64,000 bases of DNA from a virus (taxonomy: Duplodnaviria; Caudoviricetes). How positions within the stretch are numbered: position 1 is the stretch's first letter; each line of letters starts with the position of its first letter. This document shows, piece after piece, positions 56,859-64,000 of the stretch. The stretch lies in IMG/VR virus record IMGVR_UViG_3300027833_000011, one strand, 5' to 3'. Under the pieces are notes generated by a model, which did not search any database, was not told where the DNA came from, and was given only the letters and a program-made list of their open reading frames with translations. The position numbers and the translations under genes are program-made.

Positions 56859-59666
56859 ATGTCTAAAATTAACGAGGGGTTTAAAGTTGATAAGTCTGAA
56901 TATAAAAAGATTTACGACGACGAAAATTATTTATTGGTTGTACCATTAACACACACGGCATCCTGTAAGTATGGAGCAAATACAAAATGGTGTACAACAA
57001 AAAGAGACGACGATAGCGATTTTGATGAACACGTCACAATGGGTGTGTTAGTATATCTAATCATTAAAAACCCAACAATTCACAATCAAATGTCTTCACA
57101 AAAATATGGACTATATAGGAGTAATGGTTATGAACTAAAAGACTTAATAGTTTATGACGAACTAAACAATGAACACCTAAATGGTATTAAATATTTAAAA
57201 AATGAGTTTGATAAAGCAGATAGAAATTCAGACGGTATCAAAATTATAGATATTTATAATAAACACTACCAAGAAAATAGTATTGGATTTATGATGAATA
57301 GACCTGAAAAAATTAATGAAGACCTATCAATAGAGTCGATTAAACCGTTGTGTAACCGAATGGTTATTCGTAAGAAGGGTGGTTTCGCTCAATTGAATAA
57401 GTCGAGTATTATATACTACACTAAAGGTGGTAAGTTTGTAGCGTCGGATGCGTTAAAGAATAACGGCATTCAAATCCCATTTAGAATAGGTGATTCTATC
57501 CATGAAGTTATGAAGTGGGTTGAAGAAAACAAATATGAAGTTAAACAATACGGTAGAACGGGTAAATCTAAAAGATTAAGTGAAGATACTGAAGAAAAGA
57601 CATACTCCCCATCACAACAAAGATTAATCGACGCCTTTAATGAAACCCCTGATTTGTATAACTTATGTTATATAATATTAAGTGGGTTATATGAGGATGA
57701 TATGTTAGAAAAACATATTGACAACTCTGAAGAACTAAAGTCCATTGACCTTGTTGTTGACGGACGTAAAGGTTATTTTTCAGTTGAGTTTGAAACTGAT
57801 GATGAATTTTCAGAATTTTTTGCTGATGGTATGACCGATGCTTATGAGTTATGGCACGTAAGATATAGAGACCCCGATTATGAGTATTATAGTGATGGAG
57901 CTTGGGAGGATGTTGATAGTGAAAATTATCACATACAATCTTTAAATGAAGAAGAGTTAAGAAATATTTATAACGTTCTTGTAGAAAAAGGTATTATATC
58001 AAAACGAGAGAAAACAACTAAAAACCCTACCGACAATTTTAGTATTGATGAATATATAGCAAAAACGTTAAAAACTATGTTTGTTAAAGAAGAGAGAAAA
58101 TTAGCGGAAGAATATCAAGATTTTACTACGAGATGTTACGCAGAAGGATTCGCAAAGGAAATGAATAGAGTACATGAAGAATGGTTAGATTATGGTTTTA
58201 AAACTATAGGGTTGATTGAAAAAGACGAATTAAGGGAATATGAAATACAGGTCTCCTCCCTTTTTAAATATTTAATAAGACCATCACATAGAGGTTACAA
58301 TATTCAATACACAATCGAAAAATCTAAGAATTTAAGACAAGGTATTGGTTCAGCTTCCGATTTATTTAATATGCAAGACGCTAAATATGACTATTTTGAT
58401 GAAAGTGAAAGAGGACATGATTACAAAGAATTTAAATCCGATTGGACAAAATCGTTAATCGACAAGATTAATAATGAATACGAACTTGAGATTGATGAGT
58501 TTAAAGAAGACCGTGTGAAATTACTTAAACACGGTATTGACATTCTTAAATACCCTGAACACAAAGATGATACATATCTTACATCTTGGGACCTTAAATC
58601 TAATCGATACGACAATTATAAACACAAAATGGCAAACGGTAAAGAATTTATATATTTGGGTTATTCCATAGATACGGGATATCATAGAATTTGTATGACC
58701 GAGTTAGATGAAAAACCGAATGGTGAAACATACTACCGAGAGAGGTCAAGTGTTAGACAAGTTGAATCAGATGATATTATAACATTATTAACACAAACAA
58801 GTTTAGACTTGAAAGAATCTTTTAATGTTATTAAGAGAAGTTTATTTGAACAAGATGAAGAAATAATGACATTATATTACGCAATGATGAGTGATTTAGT
58901 TAAGTACTATGGAGAAGATAATGTCGACTTAATTGGTTCACCAGCAAAAATAGTTATTCGTGATAATAATATTAGATTAAAAGGGGAAACGTTAGTTTTC
59001 ACCACCAAAGGAAAAAAAGAGGTCGTAAATATAAAAGATTATTCAACAAACAACCAAGGAATTGTTTACCCATCAATAAAACCCATTACTGATAGAGTGT
59101 TAAAAACCCTTCCTACAAAAAAAGAAACAAAAGTAACTACTAATAAAAATTACGTAGACGGTACTAAACTAAAAGCCTCTCAAAATTTTTGGACCACAAT
59201 AAAAACTGATGAAGGTAGTATAAAACAAAAAGGAGACCCCGTATTGAAAGCATATAAATTAGGTGATGGTAGAGTCACAATTGGATGGGGACACACAGGA
59301 GCACTTTCTGAACCAACCCCTAAAGTTGGTGATGTAATCACTAAAGAACAGGCACAAAAATACTTACAAAATGACGCTACTGAATCCGCTAACTGTGTTA
59401 GACGTTTCTTAAATGAATGGAAATCAGATGAAACTATTAAAAACAATCATATGATAACACAGAATATGTTTGATGTATTAGTTTCTTTAGTGTTTAACGC
59501 GGGTTGTCAGGGGTTAAGAAAGTCTAACTTTATTAAGTTAGTTAAAGAAAGAAAATATAAATCAGCAGCAAATCTCTTACCTAAAGATAAGACAATGATT
59601 AATGGTAAATTTAGTAAGGGTCTAGTATCAAGAAGACAAAGAGAATCTAAATTATTCCTTAAATAA
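56859..59666 (+). CDS. 935-aa multidomain protein with a C-terminal GH24 phage lysozyme
   Basis: DEG...LKAYKLGDGRVTIGWGHT, QNMFDVLVSLVFNAG, GLVSRRQRES; N-terminal PLTHTASCKYGANTKWCT domain. Confidence 0.88.
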   Translation: MSKINEGFKVDKSEYKKIYDDENYLLVVPLTHTASCKYGANTKWCTTKRDDDSDFDEHVTMGVLVYLIIKNPTIHNQMSSQKYGLYRSNGYELKDLIVYDELNNEHLNGIKYLKNEFDKADRNSDGIKIIDIYNKHYQENSIGFMMNRPEKINEDLSIESIKPLCNRMVIRKKGGFAQLNKSSIIYYTKGGKFVASDALKNNGIQIPFRIGDSIHEVMKWVEENKYEVKQYGRTGKSKRLSEDTEEKTYSPSQQRLIDAFNETPDLYNLCYIILSGLYEDDMLEKHIDNSEELKSIDLVVDGRKGYFSVEFETDDEFSEFFADGMTDAYELWHVRYRDPDYEYYSDGAWEDVDSENYHIQSLNEEELRNIYNVLVEKGIISKREKTTKNPTDNFSIDEYIAKTLKTMFVKEERKLAEEYQDFTTRCYAEGFAKEMNRVHEEWLDYGFKTIGLIEKDELREYEIQVSSLFKYLIRPSHRGYNIQYTIEKSKNLRQGIGSASDLFNMQDAKYDYFDESERGHDYKEFKSDWTKSLIDKINNEYELEIDEFKEDRVKLLKHGIDILKYPEHKDDTYLTSWDLKSNRYDNYKHKMANGKEFIYLGYSIDTGYHRICMTELDEKPNGETYYRERSSVRQVESDDIITLLTQTSLDLKESFNVIKRSLFEQDEEIMTLYYAMMSDLVKYYGEDNVDLIGSPAKIVIRDNNIRLKGETLVFTTKGKKEVVNIKDYSTNNQGIVYPSIKPITDRVLKTLPTKKETKVTTNKNYVDGTKLKASQNFWTTIKTDEGSIKQKGDPVLKAYKLGDGRVTIGWGHTGALSEPTPKVGDVITKEQAQKYLQNDATESANCVRRFLNEWKSDETIKNNHMITQNMFDVLVSLVFNAGCQGLRKSNFIKLVKERKYKSAANLLPKDKTMINGKFSKGLVSRRQRESKLFLK

Positions 59667-59696
59667 AAAAACACCCTGTTGGGTGTTTCTTTTTTT
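59665..59696. terminator. bidirectional intrinsic terminator
   Basis: AAACACCC-TGTT-GGGTGTTT with flanking A and T tracts. Confidence 0.85.
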
Positions 59697-59700
59697 GTGT

Positions 59701-60750
59701 TTAAAATAAACGGTACTGTGACGAGGGTGAGAACTTCGACTTTAGAGATTCATATAATTTCTTACATTCTTTCTCTGTTAGGTAGACACAGTTTCCTGTT
59801 TCGTACTCTTCAATCGTAATTCCTGATGAATCCTCATCAAATATCACAACACCTTCACTTAACCATTTAGAGTTTTCAGATTCGTATACATCATCTTTAG
59901 AGTCGTTAAAATATTTAGGTGTGTCATTTTCATAGTAGTATTTATCCTGTAAACCATACATAGTCATACTTACACCACAGTCAATGGCTTTTTCTACGTC
60001 TACCAATGCAATAAATTCGTTCACACTGTGCATGTTATAATATCCACATGAGATATTGATACACGACACTGGTAATTTGTTTTTAAGTTGCATCACGTCG
60101 GTAAAAGGGTGTGATTGTTCAATCATCGGGTTACCAAAGGAATTTTCGATGATTGGTTTCATTGTATTGATAAATTCACCGTTTATTTCATACAAACGAA
60201 CTCCCGAGCAAATCTCGGTAATTAAGTGGTCTCCAGGTGCGTCATACTCACAAACAAATGTTACATCGTTAAAAAACTCAACATCTGCGTTTGATGACCC
60301 TATACAACCAATTTCTTCAGATACGAAGAATGCTAATTTACACTCTTGAACATTACGAAGTATTTCTAAACAAATAAAAATACCTGATTTATCGTCCCCA
60401 CCAATACCCGTAGGGTTTCCTTGGTCGTTTACTGCGTAAAGAACATCGAATTCTTCGTTACCAAATGACTTGCCGAAAGTGTTAGGTTTAGTTTTAACCC
60501 CTTCAACTACGTTGATGGTGTCTATTTCGTGCACCGTATCGGTGTGTGAGATAAAACACGGGTACGAATCAGACTCACCTTTAGTCACATAAATGTTACT
60601 AAGTTCGTCTAAGTAGTAATCGAGATTAAACCCACTATCAATCATATGGTCAAGTTGAGTACAGATGAAGTTAATCATCTGAGACTCATTTCTTGACTTA
60701 GTTGGTACTGAAAGTAGTTTTTTAAACCTATTTAACCTTTGCTCGTTCAT
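59701..60750 (-). CDS. M20/M28-family metallo-hydrolase
   Basis: SHTDTV, GGDDKSG, SEEIGCIGS, GYYNMHS. Confidence 0.88.
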   Translation of the reverse strand: MNEQRLNRFKKLLSVPTKSRNESQMINFICTQLDHMIDSGFNLDYYLDELSNIYVTKGESDSYPCFISHTDTVHEIDTINVVEGVKTKPNTFGKSFGNEEFDVLYAVNDQGNPTGIGGDDKSGIFICLEILRNVQECKLAFFVSEEIGCIGSSNADVEFFNDVTFVCEYDAPGDHLITEICSGVRLYEINGEFINTMKPIIENSFGNPMIEQSHPFTDVMQLKNKLPVSCINISCGYYNMHSVNEFIALVDVEKAIDCGVSMTMYGLQDKYYYENDTPKYFNDSKDDVYESENSKWLSEGVVIFDEDSSGITIEEYETGNCVYLTEKECKKLYESLKSKFSPSSQYRLF

Positions 60751-60768
60751 TGTTTATTAATTTGAGTA

Positions 60769-60800
60769 CAAATATATCTCATTTAATTTTAAAATCCAAA
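60769..60800 (-). promoter_or_regulatory. Bacteroidota housekeeping-sigma promoter
   Basis: Minus strand TTTG-N20-TATATTTG. Confidence 0.78.
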
Positions 60801-60807
60801 ATAAAAA

Positions 60808-62835
60808 TTACTTTTTTTCTGTAACTGAAATTTTTTCAGAATCCTTATTAATTTTAAGTGAGTATTTTTTACCCTCAACAATTCCTTTACCTAAAACTTC
60901 TTCTGCAATAAAGTCTTCAATATACTCTTGAATTGCTCTACGTATTGGTCTTGCTCCATATTTAGCATCAAACCCTTTGTCTGCTATAAAGTCAATGATT
61001 GATGGTCCAAAGCTAATATTGTATCCTCTTTCTACAATTCTCTTTGAGAGTTTATTCATTTCAATCTTAACGATTTTACCAATGTTTTCTTTCTCTAACG
61101 ATTTGAAGACAACGATATCATCTAAACGGTTTAGGAATTCAGGTGAGAACTCTGCTTTTAGTGCTTTTTGAATAACACCTTTAGTAAGTTCTTCATGTTG
61201 TGAAACGGTGGAGTCTGTACTAAATCCTAATCCCGTTCCGAAGTCTTGTAGTTTTCGTGCTCCGACATTAGAAGTCATAATAATTAAAGTGTTCTTAAAG
61301 TTAATCTTACGACCTAAACCATCTGTTAAGTGTCCTTCATCTAATACTTGAAGTAGAATATTAAAGACATCTCTATGTGCTTTCTCAATCTCATCGAAAA
61401 GTATAACAGAGTAAGGTTTGTTTTTAACTTGTTCGGTTAATTGACCACCTTCGTCATGTCCTACGTATCCTGGAGGAGACCCTACTAACCTAGAAACTGA
61501 GTGTTTTTCCATTAACTCAGACATGTCCACACGAATCATTGCTGATTCATCACCAAAGATTTCACGAGCCAATGTTTTTGCTAAGTGAGTTTTACCAACA
61601 CCTGTTGACCCTAAGAAGATAAAAGAACCGATTGGTCTATTAGGTTCTTTAATGCCCACACGATTTCTACGAATTGCTTTAGAAATTTTAGTAACGGCAT
61701 TGTCTTGTCCGATTACGTTAGCCTTTAAGGTTTTTTCTAAGTTAAGTAATGACTTAGCTTCATCACTATCTAAACGAGTTACAGGAATGTTAGTCATATC
61801 TGAAACGATTTTATAAACATCATCTTCAGTAATTAAGGTTCTGTTTTCGTTTTGTTTTTGTTCCCACTCCTCTTTCTCAGTAGTTAACTTATTAATTAAC
61901 TTTTTTTCTTGGTCTCTTAGTTCTGCAGCAATTTCATAGTTTTGTGTCTTAACAACATCTAACTTTTTTCTTTTAATTTCGGCAACTTGTAGTTTAAGGT
62001 CTTCAATAAATTCAGGTAATTTAACATCTATTTGTGCCTTTGCACCTACCTCATCTAAGATATCGATAGCCTTGTCAGGTAATTCACGGTCGGTAATATA
62101 CCTATCAGATAAAGTAACACACGCCTTTAATGATTCTTCACTATACTTAACCTTGTGGTGGTTCTCATATTTAGATTTGATATTAGAAAGTATAATCATT
62201 GTTTCCTCAGTTGTCGCAGGGTCAACCAATACTTTTTGGAAACGTCTTTCTAATGCCCCATCTTTTTCAATATTCTCACGATACTCATCTAAGGTAGTCG
62301 CACCAATACATTGTATTTCACCACGAGATAACGCTGGTTTAATGATGTTTGAAGCATCTAACGAACCTGAAGAATTACCCGTTCCAATAATGGTATGTAT
62401 TTCGTCAATGAAGACTACTACATTATCATTATCAACTAACTCTTCTAAAATAGCCTTAAGTCTTTCTTCAAACTGTCCACGGTATTTAGTACCCGCAACA
62501 ACAGAAGTTAAGTCTAACGAAACAATACGTTTATCCGCTAAGTTTTTAGGACAGTCTCCTTGATGTATTTTTATAGCCAACCCTTCAACGATAGCGGTTT
62601 TACCCGAACCAGGTTCACCGATAACAATTGGGTTATTCTTTTTACGACGAGATAAAATCTGTGCAATTCTATTAATTTCTTTCTCTCTACCAATCACAGG
62701 GTCAAGTTTTCCTTGTTCTGCCAATTTGATTAAGTCACGAGAGAAATTATCTAACACGGGTGTTCTCGAATCGTTTTTACTTTTCTTCATTGGAAGTCTT
62801 CGACCTCCACCTTGTTCTTCAAATTCTGTATCCAT
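60808..62835 (-). CDS. clpC: ClpC-type AAA+ unfoldase lacking the N-terminal domain
   Basis: GEPGSGKT and GSTGVGKT Walker A motifs, IDE/FDE Walker B motifs, UVR segment QNYEIAAELRD; starts at TPVLDNF. Confidence 0.93.
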   Translation of the reverse strand: MDTEFEEQGGGRRLPMKKSKNDSRTPVLDNFSRDLIKLAEQGKLDPVIGREKEINRIAQILSRRKKNNPIVIGEPGSGKTAIVEGLAIKIHQGDCPKNLADKRIVSLDLTSVVAGTKYRGQFEERLKAILEELVDNDNVVVFIDEIHTIIGTGNSSGSLDASNIIKPALSRGEIQCIGATTLDEYRENIEKDGALERRFQKVLVDPATTEETMIILSNIKSKYENHHKVKYSEESLKACVTLSDRYITDRELPDKAIDILDEVGAKAQIDVKLPEFIEDLKLQVAEIKRKKLDVVKTQNYEIAAELRDQEKKLINKLTTEKEEWEQKQNENRTLITEDDVYKIVSDMTNIPVTRLDSDEAKSLLNLEKTLKANVIGQDNAVTKISKAIRRNRVGIKEPNRPIGSFIFLGSTGVGKTHLAKTLAREIFGDESAMIRVDMSELMEKHSVSRLVGSPPGYVGHDEGGQLTEQVKNKPYSVILFDEIEKAHRDVFNILLQVLDEGHLTDGLGRKINFKNTLIIMTSNVGARKLQDFGTGLGFSTDSTVSQHEELTKGVIQKALKAEFSPEFLNRLDDIVVFKSLEKENIGKIVKIEMNKLSKRIVERGYNISFGPSIIDFIADKGFDAKYGARPIRRAIQEYIEDFIAEEVLGKGIVEGKKYSLKINKDSEKISVTEKK

Positions 62836-62929
62836 ATATAAAAACTTTTTTTTGTTTTTGACTCTACAAATATACTACATTTTATCTAAAAAACAATAGA
62901 ATTACTATTTGTCAGTATTATTAGACTAT

Positions 62930-62948
62930 AACTGACACTTTGTCAGTT
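62930..62948. promoter_or_regulatory. palindromic operator candidate AACTGACA-CTT-TGTCAGTT
   Basis: Perfect 8-bp inverted repeat between divergent clpC and dnaK; extra half-site TGTCAGT at 62910. Confidence 0.6.
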
Positions 62949-62985
62949 AATCCCTATTCGGTATTTTTTTTGACCTAAGGAACCA

Positions 62986-63017
62986 CAAAGATATGTATTA
63001 TAGTTTAATCAACCAAA
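62986..63017 (-). promoter_or_regulatory. Bacteroidota housekeeping-sigma promoter toward clpC
   Basis: Minus strand TTTG-N20-TATCTTTG; a second TTG-N19-TATATTTG at 62867-62896. Confidence 0.72.
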
Positions 63018-63118
63018 ACATAACATATTAAATAAATCTAAACGTTTGTTGAATCTTTTAAAAAAATTATTTATTTTTGGATTGACTACAAACGTCTAAT
63101 ATTAAAAATTAAAAACAC

Positions 63119-64000
63119 ATGGGAAAAGTAATTGGTATTGATTTAGGAACAACAAACTCTTGTATTTCATTTATGGAGGGTGGAGAACCTAAAGTCATTG
63201 TAAATAATGAGGGAGGTAGAACTACCCCTTCAATTGTATCGTTTAAGGATGGCGATATTAAAGTAGGAAACACTGCAAAAAGAGTTTCCGTTACGAATCC
63301 TTTAAATACGATTTATTCGTCTAAAAGATTTATTGGTCAACGATATAGTGAATTAAACGATGACCATAAAAACGTGGCGTATAAGATTAAAAAAGGAAAT
63401 AACGATTCTGTCGTGATAACTGCGAATGGTAGAGATTACGTACCTCAAGAGATATCGGCAATGGTATTACAAAACATTCGTAAGAGTGCCGAATCGTTTT
63501 TAGGTGAGTCTGTTACTGAAGCGGTTATTACGGTACCCGCATATTTTAATGATTCACAACGTCAGGCAACTAAAGAAGCTGGTGAAATCGCAGGGTTAAA
63601 AGTATTACGTATTATTAACGAACCAACGGCAGCGGCATTAGCATATGGATTGGATAAGAAAGATAAAGACATGAAGGTCGTTGTCTTTGATTTAGGTGGT
63701 GGTACATTTGATGTATCTATTTTAGAGTTAGGAGATGGTATCTTTGAAGTACTTTCTACTAACGGTGACACCCAGTTAGGTGGTGATAACTTCGATGAAG
63801 CCATTATTGACCACTTTATGTCCTTAATCGAAATTCAATCAAACGTAGATATCTCTGAAGACCCAATGGCGATTCAAAGAGTTAGAGAGGCGGCTGAGAA
63901 AGCTAAGGTAGAGTTATCAACGGCAAATCAAACCTCTATTAGTTTACCTTATATATCTGCAGGTTCTAGTGGACCAATTCATTTTGAGACTACATTGACA
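63119..64000 (+). CDS. dnaK: DnaK/Hsp70 (5' part, runs off the window)
   Basis: [52 protein letters not shown]. Confidence 0.97.
   Translation, partial: MGKVIGIDLGTTNSCISFMEGGEPKVIVNNEGGRTTPSIVSFKDGDIKVGNTAKRVSVTNPLNTIYSSKRFIGQRYSELNDDHKNVAYKIKKGNNDSVVITANGRDYVPQEISAMVLQNIRKSAESFLGESVTEAVITVPAYFNDSQRQATKEAGEIAGLKVLRIINEPTAAALAYGLDKKDKDMKVVVFDLGGGTFDVSILELGDGIFEVLSTNGDTQLGGDNFDEAIIDHFMSLIEIQSNVDISEDPMAIQRVREAAEKAKVELSTANQTSISLPYISAGSSGPIHFETTLT

Overview
AT-rich, gene-dense 64 kb segment of a large (jumbo-type) tailed dsDNA phage. The host is most likely Bacteroidota: several TTTG-N19/20-TAnnTTTG promoters and Bacteroidota-type lipoproteins are present. The standard genetic code fits. No terminase, capsid or polymerase gene is in the window, so the viral assignment rests on gene content and organisation. 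The window has about 110 CDS, mostly small hypotheticals. Recognisable genes are an acyl-CoA thioesterase, NlpC/CHAP-like amidase, lytic transglycosylase, phosphodiester glycosidase, rfbC, dCMP deaminase, an Rmt2/GAMT-like and a second methyltransferase, six or seven 2OG-Fe(II) oxygenases, cysC with a HIGH-type nucleotidyltransferase and DUF2061, a PPK2 fusion, an annexin-like/PG-binding protein, YkuK-like RNase H, sulfotransferase-like proteins, glutathione peroxidase, a degenerate carbamoyltransferase, C1, M20/M28 and zincin peptidases, a 935-aa lysozyme fusion, an N-domain-less ClpC and the start of dnaK. RNA genes are a tmRNA, 9 intact tRNAs and one chimeric pseudo-tRNA. The signals most worth following up are: (1) an element at about 8.9 kb complementary to 23S rRNA helices 69-71, partly displayed in a terminator loop; (2) an approximately 22-bp motif at six consecutive gene junctions at 93-1558, independent of reading frame; (3) virion-cargo-like proteins and polyproteins sharing N-terminal tags and (I/L)xE sites; (4) three 43-44 bp promoter-box-containing repeats at 19.3-19.6 kb; and (5) five ExYExC UVR-like miniproteins alongside a ClpC lacking its N-domain. 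All family calls come from motif recognition by eye; no searches were run.
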